Assembly: GCF_046291545.1 (NCBI RefSeq)
Contig: NZ_JBKBSM010000001.1
Span: 102,900 to 166,899, forward strand
Origin: Phenylobacterium sp.
GTDB taxonomy: Bacteria; Pseudomonadota; Alphaproteobacteria; Caulobacterales; Caulobacteraceae
Reading direction: 5' to 3'
DNA length: 64,000 bases
Part shown: positions 31,820-43,569 of the stretch, piece after piece
Position numbering within the stretch: the first letter of the stretch is position 1
Layout: each line of letters starts with the position of its first letter
Notes under the pieces: model-generated
Seen by the model: only the letters and a program-made list of their open reading frames with translations
Database searches by the model: none
Told to the model about the DNA's origin: nothing
Position numbers and translations under genes: made by a program

Positions 31820-31999
31820 GTGACGGCAGAGCCCTACAAGACCTGGCAGTGCCGCACCTGCGGCTATCTCTACGACGAGGAAGCGGGCGACCCGGGCGAA
31901 GGCTTGGCGCCGGGAACCCGCTGGGCGGACATTCCCGACACTTGGATCTGTCCGCTCTGCGGCACGCCGAAGGCCGACTTCGACATGGTGGAGATCTAG
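31820..31999 (+). CDS. Rubredoxin (59 aa; absent from the ORF track)
   Basis: Manual translation MTAEPYKTWQCRTCGYLYDEEAGDPGEGLAPGTRWADIPDTWICPLCGTPKADFDMVEI; two CxxCG knuckles. Confidence 0.95.
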   Translation: MTAEPYKTWQCRTCGYLYDEEAGDPGEGLAPGTRWADIPDTWICPLCGTPKADFDMVEI

Positions 32000-32004
32000 G
32001 GCCC

Positions 32005-32033
32005 GGCGCCCTCCCCGGCGGGGGAAGGGCGCC
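32005..32033. terminator. GC-rich hairpin between convergent genes
   Basis: GGCGCCCTCCCC/GGGG-A-AGGGCGCC stem; no U tract. Confidence 0.35.
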
Positions 32034-32045
32034 TTCCCGCCCGTC

Positions 32046-32456
32046 TCAGCCGGCGGCCATGGCCCGGGTCTCGATGTTGAGCTGGCCGGCCAGGCCGGCG
32101 GCGCGGTGCACCTCGATCTCGTGGAACTCCGGCATCTGGGTCATCGCCAGGAAGGCCGCGCGGGAGGGGTATTCCATCAGGGCCACCGCATCCCACAGCT
32201 CCTCGACCTGGCCCAGCATCAGGCCAGTCACCGCGCCGGAATAGATCACGCGCCCGCCGAGGGATTCGGCCAGGACCCGCACCCGGTCGCCGTAGCGCAG
32301 GTAGGCCTCGCGCCCGGACACCTTCTCGCCGCTGGCGTAGTCGGCGACCTCACGGAACTTGAGCAGATTGACCATCACGAACGGGCCCGCTTCCGGCGCG
32401 TGGAAGGTGGCGGCGATCTGGTCCATGGTGGGCATGACGGCGTTTTCGACGTTCAT
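32046..32456 (-). CDS. DUF1330-like protein
   Basis: PFVMVNLLKFR, REAYLRYG, WDAVALMEYPSRAAF, HRAAGL. Confidence 0.8.
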   Translation of the reverse strand: MNVENAVMPTMDQIAATFHAPEAGPFVMVNLLKFREVADYASGEKVSGREAYLRYGDRVRVLAESLGGRVIYSGAVTGLMLGQVEELWDAVALMEYPSRAAFLAMTQMPEFHEIEVHRAAGLAGQLNIETRAMAAG

Positions 32457-32468
32457 GGGGGCTCCTCC

Positions 32469-33365
32469 TCAGGCTTTGGCCAGGCGATCAAGCAGGGCGG
32501 CGATTTCGGCGGGGCTGTCCTCCTGCAGGAAGTGCCCGCCGCGCAGGGTCACGTGGGCCTGGCCCATCGCGCCGGGCACGCGCGCCTGGAACGGGGCGTC
32601 CGCGCCCTTGGTTACGGGATCGGCGTCGCTGAAGGCGGTGACGAACGGCTTGTCGAACGCTTCCAGCACCTTCCAGGCTTCCAGGTTCTCGGCCACTGAA
32701 GGATGCTGGGGGGTGATCGGCACTAGGGCCGGGAACTGGCGGGCGCCGGCCTTGTAGCTCTCGTCCGGGAACGGGGCGTCGTAGGCCGCCACTTCGGCGT
32801 CGGTCAGCTCGCGCACCGAACCGGCCTGCAGCAGGGCCCCGACGGCCAGCACCGGCACGTTCTGGCTGAACGCCAGCCACTGGTCGAAGCCCGCCGAGGA
32901 GCCGGTCCCCGTGGGCAGGAAGGTGTTGGCGGCGACCACCGCCTTGAAGCGCTCGGGGAAGGCGGCGACCAGGCGCAGGCCGATCAGCCCGCCCCAGTCC
33001 TGGCAAAATAGGGTGATGTTCCTCAGGTCCAGGGCGGTGACCCAGGCGCTCATCCAGGCGACGTGCCGCTCGTAGGTGTAGTCGGCGCGGGCGGCCGGCT
33101 TGTCGGAGCGGCCGAAGCCGATCAGGTCGGGCGCCACGACTCGATGCCCGCCCGCCGCCAGCGGCGGAATGATCTTGCGGTAGAGGTAGCTCCAGGAGGG
33201 CTCCCCGTGCATCAGCAGGATCGGGTCGGCGGCGCCGGGCCCCTCGTCGACATAGTGGATGCGAAGCGAGGTCCCGTCGGCGTCGCGGACCTCCCGATAA
33301 TGCGGTTCGAACGGCCAGTCGGCCAAACCCTCGAAGCGCTCATCCGGCGTGCGCAGGACGTTCAT
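32469..33365 (-). CDS. Haloalkane dehalogenase
   Basis: [24 protein letters not shown] (Asp nucleophile and Trp), GHFLQED; ATG 33365. Confidence 0.9.
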   Translation of the reverse strand: MNVLRTPDERFEGLADWPFEPHYREVRDADGTSLRIHYVDEGPGAADPILLMHGEPSWSYLYRKIIPPLAAGGHRVVAPDLIGFGRSDKPAARADYTYERHVAWMSAWVTALDLRNITLFCQDWGGLIGLRLVAAFPERFKAVVAANTFLPTGTGSSAGFDQWLAFSQNVPVLAVGALLQAGSVRELTDAEVAAYDAPFPDESYKAGARQFPALVPITPQHPSVAENLEAWKVLEAFDKPFVTAFSDADPVTKGADAPFQARVPGAMGQAHVTLRGGHFLQEDSPAEIAALLDRLAKA

Positions 33366-33408
33366 GTCTCCACCCCTGGCTTGACATCGCCCGCCTGAGG
33401 GCGAAGTT

Positions 33409-33427
33409 ATGACAATATCCGTGTCAT
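33409..33427. promoter_or_regulatory. Perfect inverted repeat ATGACA-N7-TGTCAT, candidate TetR operator
   Basis: Lies in the divergent dehalogenase/MBL promoter region, downstream of a TTGACA at 33381. Confidence 0.55.
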
Positions 33428-33459
33428 TATATCCCGACGCGGTCAACAGGGAGGCGGCG

Positions 33460-34563
33460 ATGGCGGCCCGGGGTTCGATCAGAATTGTCCTGCTCGTGGC
33501 GTTGGGGCTGGTCCTGGCGGCCGGCGCGGCGGCGTGGCTGGCCCGTGGCCAGCTTGCGACCGGCATGATGCGCCGGGTGCTGGCGGCGAACCTGGGGCGC
33601 GATCCGATCGCGGCCCTTCCGGACGGGCTGCACGTGGGGCTGTGCGGCACCGGCTCGCCCCTGCCCGACCCCAAGCGCAACGGCCCCTGCGCCATGGTGA
33701 TCGCCGGAAAGCGCATGTTCATCGTCGACTCCGGGGAAGGCGCGGCCAAGGGCCTGACGATGATGGGCTTCCGGCCCGCACGGGCGGAGGCGCTGCTGCT
33801 GACCCACTACCACTCCGACCACATCGACGGCCTGGGCGGCGTGATGCTGCAGCACTGGGCCGGCGGAGCGGCGCGGGCGCCGCTGCCCGTCTACGGCCCG
33901 CCGGGCGTCGAGGCCGTGGTCAAGGGCTTCATGGACGCCTACGCCCTGGACCAGGGCTACCGGATCGCCCACCACGGCCCGGCGGTCGTGCCGCCCGAGG
34001 GCTTCGGCGCCGCGCCGCGCCCATTCACCGTGGCGGCGGACGGAGGCGAGACGGTGCTGATCCAGTCCCCCGACCTGAAGGTCACGGCCTTCGCCGTGGA
34101 TCACGACCCGGTCGAACCGGCGGTCGGCTACAAGTTCGTCTACAAGGGCCGCAGCGTCGTGATCAGCGGCGACACCGCCCCGTCCAAGGCCGTCGAAACC
34201 GCCGCCAGGGGCGCCGACGTGCTGGTGCACGAAGCGCTGTCGCCGACGCTGGTGGGCCTGCAGGAAGAGGCCGCGCGCAAGGCGGGCGCGGCCAACCTGG
34301 CCAAGGTGTTCCACGACATCCTCGATTACCACACCAGCCCCGAGCAGGCCGCGGACGTCGCCCAGGCCGCAGGGGTCAAGATGCTGCTCCTGACCCACAT
34401 CGTTCCGGCCCTGCCTGTCGCCGCCCTGGAGGGGCCGTTCCTGGGCGAGGCGCGCATGCGGTTCGACGGCCGCCTGCGCCTTGGGCGGGACGGGGACCTC
34501 GTGAGCCTGCCGGCGAACGAAGCGACGATCAGCCTGTCGAATCGCTCGGCGATGCGCCCCTGA
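33460..34563 (+). CDS. MBL-fold metallo-hydrolase (RNase Z/AtsA-like), membrane-anchored
   Basis: CGTGSP, THYHSDH, SGDT, HEA, YHTSP, LTHIVP. Confidence 0.88.
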   Translation: MAARGSIRIVLLVALGLVLAAGAAAWLARGQLATGMMRRVLAANLGRDPIAALPDGLHVGLCGTGSPLPDPKRNGPCAMVIAGKRMFIVDSGEGAAKGLTMMGFRPARAEALLLTHYHSDHIDGLGGVMLQHWAGGAARAPLPVYGPPGVEAVVKGFMDAYALDQGYRIAHHGPAVVPPEGFGAAPRPFTVAADGGETVLIQSPDLKVTAFAVDHDPVEPAVGYKFVYKGRSVVISGDTAPSKAVETAARGADVLVHEALSPTLVGLQEEAARKAGAANLAKVFHDILDYHTSPEQAADVAQAAGVKMLLLTHIVPALPVAALEGPFLGEARMRFDGRLRLGRDGDLVSLPANEATISLSNRSAMRP

Positions 34564-34619
34564 CCCCTGGCCCTCGGCCTCCAGCCTCGCTAATCACGGC
34601 GCAAGGCAAGGAGACGGCG

Positions 34620-35231
34620 TTGAGCGGCGAGCGCACGGCCACGATCGAGACGAAACCTCAGCCGTCTGAGGAAAAGGACGGCCGGCGCCTGCGCTCGCAG
34701 GACAGCCGCGCGCGCATTGTGGCGGCCATGCTTGCCCTGATCCGCGAGGGCGAGGTCTCCCCGAGCGCCGAACAGGTGGCCGGCCGCGCCCAGGTGGGCC
34801 TGCGCACGGTGTTTCGCCACTTCAAGGACATGGACAGCCTGTACCGCGAGATGTCCGAGGTCATCGAGACCGAGGTCCACCGCATCAAGGACGCGCCGTT
34901 CATCGCCGCGGACTGGCGGGGGCGGGTGCTGGAACTGGTGGACCGCCGCTTTACGGTGTTCGAGCGGATCGCTCCCTTCAAGCGCGCCTCGGACGTCTAT
35001 CGCCACCGCTCCCGCTTCCTGGGCAACGACAACCGCCGTCTGGTGGTGGGCCTGCGCGAGATCCTGGAGCGGGTGGTTCCGATCGAGGAACTGCCGGATC
35101 CCAGGTTGTTCGAGGCGCTGGACCTTCTGCTCAGTTTCGAGGCCTGGGCCCGACTGCGCTTCGAACAGAACCTCTCCCAGGCCGAGGCGAGCGAGGTGCT
35201 GCGCGCCGCCGTGGCGCGGCTGATCGCCTGA
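34620..35231 (+). CDS. TetR family regulator
   Basis: DGRRLRS..SRARIV, SAEQVAGRAQVGLRTVFRHF; TTG 34620 after AAGGAG. Confidence 0.85.
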   Translation: MSGERTATIETKPQPSEEKDGRRLRSQDSRARIVAAMLALIREGEVSPSAEQVAGRAQVGLRTVFRHFKDMDSLYREMSEVIETEVHRIKDAPFIAADWRGRVLELVDRRFTVFERIAPFKRASDVYRHRSRFLGNDNRRLVVGLREILERVVPIEELPDPRLFEALDLLLSFEAWARLRFEQNLSQAEASEVLRAAVARLIA

Positions 35232-35321
35232 GCCGCACGCCGCCGGACGTTGCCAGCGGCCCCCGCGCCTGATCAGCTAGGCGCGGAATCCGGATCACGC
35301 CGGAAACAGGGGGAGCCGCGC

Positions 35322-37709
35322 ATGACCCATCGAACCTTCGACGTCCGCCGCCCGGCCCTGGCCGCCCTGGCCGCGGCCCTGCTGTCGAGCGCCGCCCACG
35401 CCGCCCCGCCCGCCGAGGAGAGCCGGGCGGTGGCGGGCCTGGGTGCGCCGGCGGAGATCCGCGTAGACCGCTGGGGGGTGCCCCACATCTATGCAGCCAG
35501 CGTGCGCGACGCCCTGTTCCTGCAGGGCTACAACGTGGCCCGCGACCGGCTGTGGCAGGTGGACCTGTGGCGCAAGCGGGGCCTGGGCCTGCTCGCCCGC
35601 GATTTCGGCCCGGCCTATGTGGAGCAGGACCGCGCCGCGCGGCTGTTCCTTTATCGCGGCGACATGGACGCCGAATGGGCCGCCTACGGTCCGCACGCCA
35701 AGACCTACGCCGAGGCGTTCACCGCCGGCGTCAACGCCTTCGTCCAGGAGATCCGCGACGGCGAGCGCCCACTGCCGGAGGAGTTCGTCATCGCCGGCTC
35801 GCAGCCCGACCTATGGCGGCCGGAAGACGTCGTGCGCATCCGCAGCCACGGCCTGACCCGCAACCTGTCCGCCGAGGTTAAGCGCGCGCAGATCGCCTGC
35901 GCGGCGGGGCTGGAGGCCGCGCAGCTCTACAAGAAGCTGGAGCCGGCCTGGACCCCGGCCGTGCCGGCCGGCCTCGATCCCTGCGACGTGCCGGCCGACG
36001 TGCTGAAGGACTATGACCTGGCCACCGCCTCGGTCGCGTTCAGCGCAGGGCCGGGCAAGACCGCAGAGCTGGCCAGCGACCTGCCGCCCGAAGCGATCGG
36101 CTCCAACAACTGGACGGTGTCGGGGTCGCGCACGGCCACCGGGCGGCCGATCCTGGCCAATGACCCGCACCGGGCGCACGGCGCGCCCTCTCTGCGCTAC
36201 ATCGTGCACATGGAGGCGCCGGGCTTTTCGGTGATCGGCGCGGGGGAGCCGGCGCTGCCGGGGGTCTCCATCGGCCACAACGGCACGATCGCCTTCGGCC
36301 TGACGATCTTCGCCGCCGACCAGGAGGACCTCTACGTCTACGAGACCGACCCGCAGGAGCTGGGCCGCTATCGCTACGGCGACGGCTGGGAGCCCTTCCG
36401 CGTCGAGCGCGAGACCATCGAGGTCAAGGGCGAGGCGCCGCGGGAGGTGACCCTGCAGTTCACTCGCCACGGGCCGGTGCTCGCCGTCGAAGCGGCCAAG
36501 CGCCGGGCCTTCGCCGTGCGCAGCGTCTGGGCCGAGCCCGGGACCTCCGCCTATTTCGGCTCGGCCGGCTACATGACCGCCAAGGACTGGGCCGGCTTCA
36601 CCGCGGCCCTGGAGACCTGGGGCGCCCCATCCGAGAACCAGGTCTACGCCGACACCTCCGGCCACATCGGCTGGATGGCCGCCGGGCGGGCGCCCCGGCG
36701 CGGGAACTGGGACGGCCTGCTGCCGGTCCCCGGGGACGGCCGGTTCGAATGGAGCGGCTTCCTGAAAGCCAGCGAACTGCCCAGCCTCTACGATCCGGCG
36801 CAGGGCTGGATCGCCACCGCCAACCAGATGAACCTGCCCGAGGGCTATCCCTACGCCGAGCGCAAGGTCGGTTTCGAATGGTCCAACAATGCCCGGATGA
36901 CGCGGATCGCCGAGGTGCTCGCGGCCAAGACCGAGCTGACGGTCGCCGACGCCATGGCCCTGCAGACCGACGTGGTGGACGTCACCGCCCGGCCGCTGCT
37001 GGCGCTGACGGCGCGGCTCGAGGGGCGGGACCGGGACGCCAAGGCCGCGCTGGACCTGCTGCGCAACTGGGACCGGCATGTGAGCGCCGACAGCGCGGGC
37101 GCTGCGCTGTTCGAGACCTGGACCACCAAGCACCTCGGGCGGGCGACGGTCGCCCACGCCGCGCCCAAGGCCGCGCAGGCCCTGATCGGCGCCGGCGACC
37201 TGGCGGCGGTGATCGACTATCTGGAGGCGCTCGGACCGGGGGCGCAGGGCGAGCGCGACGCGATCCTCACCGACAGCCTGAAGGCCGCCTACGCCGAACT
37301 TCGCGAGCGGATGGGGCCCGACGTCTCCACCTGGTCGTGGGGGCGCCTGCACCAGGTCAAGTTCGAGCACGCCCTTACGCCGCTGGCCGATCCTGCGACC
37401 AAGGCGCGCATGACCGCGGGCCCGGCGCCCTTGGCCGGCACGGCGCTTACGCCGCTGGCGGCGACCTGGCGGCCCAACGACTTCCGCGTAACGGCAGGCG
37501 CCTCGTTCCGAATGGTCCTGGACGTGGGCGACTGGGACAAGAGCCGGGTGGTGAACACCCCTGGCCAGTCGGGAAACCCGTCCAGCCCGCACTACAAGGA
37601 CCTGTTCCCCCTCTGGGCGGCGGGGGAATACGTGCCGCTGGTCTACTCCCGCGGCGCCGTCGAGGAAGCCACCGAGACCGTGATCCGCCTGACGCCGGCC
37701 CAGCCGTGA
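35322..37709 (+). CDS. Penicillin/acyl-homoserine-lactone acylase family Ntn hydrolase
   Basis: DRWGVPHIYA, DRLWQ, GSNNW (Ser nucleophile), ANDPH, PGQSG. Confidence 0.92.
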   Translation: MTHRTFDVRRPALAALAAALLSSAAHAAPPAEESRAVAGLGAPAEIRVDRWGVPHIYAASVRDALFLQGYNVARDRLWQVDLWRKRGLGLLARDFGPAYVEQDRAARLFLYRGDMDAEWAAYGPHAKTYAEAFTAGVNAFVQEIRDGERPLPEEFVIAGSQPDLWRPEDVVRIRSHGLTRNLSAEVKRAQIACAAGLEAAQLYKKLEPAWTPAVPAGLDPCDVPADVLKDYDLATASVAFSAGPGKTAELASDLPPEAIGSNNWTVSGSRTATGRPILANDPHRAHGAPSLRYIVHMEAPGFSVIGAGEPALPGVSIGHNGTIAFGLTIFAADQEDLYVYETDPQELGRYRYGDGWEPFRVERETIEVKGEAPREVTLQFTRHGPVLAVEAAKRRAFAVRSVWAEPGTSAYFGSAGYMTAKDWAGFTAALETWGAPSENQVYADTSGHIGWMAAGRAPRRGNWDGLLPVPGDGRFEWSGFLKASELPSLYDPAQGWIATANQMNLPEGYPYAERKVGFEWSNNARMTRIAEVLAAKTELTVADAMALQTDVVDVTARPLLALTARLEGRDRDAKAALDLLRNWDRHVSADSAGAALFETWTTKHLGRATVAHAAPKAAQALIGAGDLAAVIDYLEALGPGAQGERDAILTDSLKAAYAELRERMGPDVSTWSWGRLHQVKFEHALTPLADPATKARMTAGPAPLAGTALTPLAATWRPNDFRVTAGASFRMVLDVGDWDKSRVVNTPGQSGNPSSPHYKDLFPLWAAGEYVPLVYSRGAVEEATETVIRLTPAQP

Positions 37710-37839
37710 CGCCGCCCCGTCGCGGGGCCGCCTCAATCTCTCGTCAAGGTTGACGGGGCTTCACCGCGTTTGTTCGCGGTTGCGCAAGTTCTCGCTCCGT
37801 ATCGTGAAGGCCGCACAAACGGTCCGTAGCGTGGGGGCG

Positions 37840-38688
37840 ATGCGGGTAGTCACGATTGCAAGTCTGGGGGCTTCGGCCCTGCTGGGCCTGGCGGCCCTGG
37901 TCGTCGCCAAGGCGGTGCTGCCGAACAAGACCGCGGCCGCCGCCTCGGCGGCGAGCGCGGCCGTCCAGGCGCCGCCCCGCGGCGAGCCGGTGGTGGTGGC
38001 GGCCAAGGCCATCCCCTATGGCGAACGGCTCGAAGCCAGCCACCTGAAGCTCGTCCACTATCCGCAAAGCGCCGTGCCCGAAGGGGCGTTCGGCTCGATC
38101 GAGGCGGTGCTCTCGCAGGACAACGGCGGCCCGCCCGTGGCCATCACGCCGATGGCCGAGCGCGAGCCCCTGCTGCCGGCCAAGCTGAGCGGCCCCGGCG
38201 CGCGCGCCTCGGTGGCCGCCGAGATCGCCGAGGGCATGCGGGCCTACACCATCCGCGTCACCGACGTCTCCGGCGTGGGCGGCCACGCCCTGCCCGGGGA
38301 TCACGTCGACGTGGTGCTGACCCGCGACCTGTCCACCGACGACGTGCAGAAGCAGCTGGTGAGCCAGGTGGTGATCCAGAACATCCGGGTCCTAGGCGTG
38401 GACCTGAACGCGGACCCGACGTCGAACAAGCCGACCATGCCCAACACCGCGACCCTGGAGGTCACCATGGCTGACGCCCAGAAGCTGGCCGTCGCCGGGG
38501 ACATGGGCACCCTTTCACTGGCGCTTCGGCCCACCGGCTCCACCGAAGTGGCGCAGGTCCGCACCCTGCAGAGCCGCGAAGTCATCGCGGGCGCGCCGGC
38601 GCGCAGCGCTCGATCGCCGGCCTCCGCCGCGGCCCCCGCGCCGCGGGCCTCTCGTCTGATCACCGTGGTGGAGGGCGAAGGCCAATGA
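37840..38688 (+). CDS. cpaB: Flp pilus assembly protein CpaB/RcpC
   Basis: SAF domain (VVVAAKAIPYG), GMRAYTIRV..VSGVGG..LPGDHVDV. Confidence 0.9.
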   Translation: MRVVTIASLGASALLGLAALVVAKAVLPNKTAAAASAASAAVQAPPRGEPVVVAAKAIPYGERLEASHLKLVHYPQSAVPEGAFGSIEAVLSQDNGGPPVAITPMAEREPLLPAKLSGPGARASVAAEIAEGMRAYTIRVTDVSGVGGHALPGDHVDVVLTRDLSTDDVQKQLVSQVVIQNIRVLGVDLNADPTSNKPTMPNTATLEVTMADAQKLAVAGDMGTLSLALRPTGSTEVAQVRTLQSREVIAGAPARSARSPASAAAPAPRASRLITVVEGEGQ

Positions 38689-40010
38689 TCCGCAAGCCGC
38701 TCGTGGCCGCCGGCGCGCTCGCCGCGGCCCTCCTCGCCTGCGCCGGACCGGCCGGCGCCGACGCCTTCCCGACCGAGGCGGCGACCAGCCGCACGATCCA
38801 CGTGCCCAAGGACAAATCCCTGTCCTTCCGCCTGGACGGCCCGGCCTCGCGCATCGTGGTGGCCCAGCCGGAGACGGCGCAGATCGTCGCCACCACCGAT
38901 CGCAGCTTCTATGTGCGCGGCAAGGCGCTGGGCTCGACAAACCTGCTGGTCTACGGCGACAACGGCGTGCTGCACGAAGTGATCGACGTGGAAGTCGGCC
39001 ATGACGTGCAGTCGATCCAGGCCGACCTGGCCGCAGCCCTGCCGGGCGAGATGATCACCGTGCGCAATCTCGGCCAGGGGGTGATCCTGACCGGCGAGGT
39101 GTCGAACACCTCGGTCGCGGCCCGAGCCAAGAGCCTGGCCGAAAAGATGGCGCCCGAGGCGGTCACCTCGGCTCTGACCGTGCGCGCGGCCCAGCAGGTG
39201 CTGCTCGAGGTGCGGGTGCTCGAGGCGGGCCGCTCGGCGCTGCAGGACCTGGGCTTCAACATCGCCGCCGCCAACAACTCCACCTTCTCCTTCGCCTCGG
39301 GGACCGGGCTCCTGGGCAACTCCGACCCGCAGGCGGCCCTGACCGTGGGCGGCGCGGTGGGCACCGCCCGCCTGGACGTGACCCTGCAGGTGCTGGAGGA
39401 AAAGGGAATCCTGCGCACCCTGGCGCGGCCGAACCTGGTGGCCCTGTCCGGGGAGAAGGCCAGCTTCCTGGCCGGGGGCGAGTTCCCCTATCCCGTGCCG
39501 GCCGGCAACAACCAGGTCGGGATCGAGTTCCGGCCCTTCGGCGTGAAGCTCGGCTTCCAGCCCCTGGTCGAGGACAACGGCCTGATCCGCCTGCAGGTGA
39601 GCCCGGAGGTCAGCCAGATCGACGGCCGCACGAGCCTGACGATCGAGGGCTACGACATGCCGAGCCTGACGGTGCGGCGGGCGGAGACCACGGTGGAGCT
39701 GCGCAGCGGCGAGAGCTTCGCCATCGCCGGCCTCTTCCAGCAGGACTACTCCAACGCCGTGCGCAAGGTGCCCGGCGCGGGCGACCTGCCGGTGCTGGGA
39801 ATGCTGTTCCGCTCTGCACGCTGGAAGCGCCAGGAGACCGAGCTGGTCATCATCGTCACCCCAAGGCTGGCCTCGGCCGCCGAGGTCAACGCCCTGGCGC
39901 CGGCCCCGTTCGCCAACAGCCGCGAACCCTCGGCGGCCTCGGTCATGCTGGGCGGCCAGCCCCTGGACCGGCTCCTGGAGCCGACGGTCGGCGGGGAGCC
40001 CACGACGTGA
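38685..40010 (+). CDS. cpaC: Tad secretin CpaC/RcpA
   Basis: QVLLEVRVLE, ARPNLVALSGEKASFLAGGEFP, ETELVIIVTP. Confidence 0.92.
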   Translation: MIRKPLVAAGALAAALLACAGPAGADAFPTEAATSRTIHVPKDKSLSFRLDGPASRIVVAQPETAQIVATTDRSFYVRGKALGSTNLLVYGDNGVLHEVIDVEVGHDVQSIQADLAAALPGEMITVRNLGQGVILTGEVSNTSVAARAKSLAEKMAPEAVTSALTVRAAQQVLLEVRVLEAGRSALQDLGFNIAAANNSTFSFASGTGLLGNSDPQAALTVGGAVGTARLDVTLQVLEEKGILRTLARPNLVALSGEKASFLAGGEFPYPVPAGNNQVGIEFRPFGVKLGFQPLVEDNGLIRLQVSPEVSQIDGRTSLTIEGYDMPSLTVRRAETTVELRSGESFAIAGLFQQDYSNAVRKVPGAGDLPVLGMLFRSARWKRQETELVIIVTPRLASAAEVNALAPAPFANSREPSAASVMLGGQPLDRLLEPTVGGEPTT

Positions 40011-40047
40011 CGGGCCCAGAGTTCCACAAGTATCGGAGTAGCCGGGC

Positions 40048-41222
40048 GTGACGCACTGGAGCCTGCTCGGCCGGCGCGTGCTGGCCATCGGACCGGACCT
40101 GCCCGCCCTTGCGCGGGGCCCGCTTTTCGGCGCGGCGCTGGAGCTGGGCCGGCTGGAGCGCCTGGGCGAGGCGCGGGCGGAGACCACCGACCTTCTGCTG
40201 ATCGACGCCGACGGGGCGGACGAGGCGGCCCTGGCGAGCGCCCTGGCGGAACTGGCCTCCCAGGGGGCGCCGCCGCCGACCCTGCTGCTCGGCTCGCGCC
40301 TGCCCGCCAGCCTGGTGCGCACCCTTCTGCGCCTGCCGGTGTCGGACGTGCTGGAGACGCCCTTCAGCGACGAGGACCTGCTTAACGCGGTTTACGCCCT
40401 GCTGGACGCGGCCGGTGCGCAGGCGAGCGCCGCAGCGGGGCCCCGCTCGCGCTGCTGGACGATCATGGGCGCGGTGGGCGGCGCGGGCGCCACCACCATA
40501 GCCATCGAGGCCGCCTGCGCCCTCGCCCGCCGCAGCCGCAAGGACCGCAGCGTCTGCCTCGTGGACCTGAACCTCGCCGACGGGGCGACGGCGGCCTATC
40601 TGGGCGCGACGCCGGCGATGGGGCTGGCCTCGTTCGGCCCGGCGGCCGAGCGCATGGACGCGGCCCTGCTGGCCGCCTTCGCCACGCCCATCGGCAAGGG
40701 GCTGGACCTGCTGGCCTGTCCCCGCGACCCGCAGGGGTTCGACGAGATCAGCCGCGAGGCGGTGCTGCGCATCCTGGAGATCGCCTGCGAGGCCTATGAC
40801 CACGTGGTGGTCGACATGCCCCGCCACCGGCGCGGCTGGACCCTGGAGGTGCTGGCCGGCTCGGACGAGGTGCTGATCATCTCCGAGCTGACGGTGCCGG
40901 CCCTGCTGGCCGCCCGCGCCCTGTCCGAGGAGATCGAGCAGGCGCTGCCCACCGGCGCGCGGCCGCGGATCGTGCTGAACCGCCTGGCCAGCCGGATGTT
41001 CGGGGCCGCGCCGTCGCTGGCGGAGGCCGAGCGGGCGCTGCAGCGCAAGGCCGACGGCGGCGTCAGCTCCGACTGGGACGCGGCCGCCGCCTCGGTCAAC
41101 CTGGGCGGGCCGATCAGCCAGCACCGGCCCAAGTCGAAGATCGTGCGCGACGTAGACGCCCTGGTCGAGCGCATCGCCGGCCGCGAGGAGCGGCGCGCGG
41201 GCGCCGCGCCGAGAGCCGCCTG

Positions 41223-41223
<1 letters not shown>
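40048..41223 (+). CDS. cpaE: CpaE/TadZ pilus localisation protein
   Basis: Degenerate receiver domain plus MinD-like GAVGGAGATT, VDLNL, YDHVVVDMP. Confidence 0.82.
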
Positions 41224-42605
<1,382 letters not shown>

Positions 42606-42612
42606 GGCGGCC

Positions 42613-43566
42613 ATGGACCTGCGCGCCGTCTATCTGATCCTGGTGTTCGCCGCGGTGTTCTCCGCGGCCCAGGCGCTGATCGGCCTGGTGCGCGTGGTGG
42701 ACGTCAAGCGCAAGGTGAACCGCCGCCTGGTGGTGGCCGAGCGCGTCGGCGGCATCTCCGAACTGGTGGTCGAGCTGCGCAAGCAGCGGGGCCTGACCGC
42801 GACGGGGGAGCGCGGGACGCAATGGCGTTGGCTGTCCGACCTGATCCTGCGCTCTGGCGTGCCCTACGACCCCAAGGTCTGGGCCGCGGCGGCGGCCGGA
42901 GCGGCGATCGCCGGGGCGATCCTGGGGCTTCTCCTGACGCACAAGTTCCTGGGCGCGGCGGCGGGCGCGGTCGTGCTGGGCGCGGGCGGGCCGTTCGGGT
43001 TCCTGAAGTTCATGGCCGGACGTCGCACCAAGCAGCTCAGCCTGCAGCTTCCCCAGGCGCTGGACATCGTGGTGCGCAGCCTGGAGGCTGGCCACCCCGT
43101 GCCGACCGCCGTGGCCCTGGTGGGGCGCGAGATGCCCGATCCCATCGGCTCGGAATTCGGCCTGGCGGGCGACGAGATCGCCTATGGCGCCACCCTGGAG
43201 CAGGCGGTGGCCCGGATAAGCGAGCGCTGCCAGCACCCCGACGTCGACCTGTTCGCGGCCACCGTTCGCCTGCAGGAACGTGCCGGCGGCAATCTGACCG
43301 GGCTCCTGAAGCTGAACGCCCAGACCGTACGCGAGCGGCACAAGATGCGCCTGAAGATCAAGGCCGCGTCCTCGGAAGGTCGCGCCTCGGCGATGATCCT
43401 GACCGCTGCGCCGATCGCGGCGGCGGCCTTCATCCAGATCACCTCGCCGCATTTCTATGGCGAGGTCATCCACGAGCGCTTCATCCAGGTGGGCCTGGCC
43501 GGCCTGGGCGTGTGGATGCTGATCGGCAACATGGTCATCCGCAAGATGATCAACATGCGGATCTGA
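42613..43566 (+). CDS. tadB: TadB-type T2SS F-family membrane protein
   Basis: LPQALDIVVRSLEAGHP, AGGNL, SSEGRAS; ATG 42613. Confidence 0.9.
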   Translation: MDLRAVYLILVFAAVFSAAQALIGLVRVVDVKRKVNRRLVVAERVGGISELVVELRKQRGLTATGERGTQWRWLSDLILRSGVPYDPKVWAAAAAGAAIAGAILGLLLTHKFLGAAAGAVVLGAGGPFGFLKFMAGRRTKQLSLQLPQALDIVVRSLEAGHPVPTAVALVGREMPDPIGSEFGLAGDEIAYGATLEQAVARISERCQHPDVDLFAATVRLQERAGGNLTGLLKLNAQTVRERHKMRLKIKAASSEGRASAMILTAAPIAAAAFIQITSPHFYGEVIHERFIQVGLAGLGVWMLIGNMVIRKMINMRI

Positions 43567-43569
43567 GGC

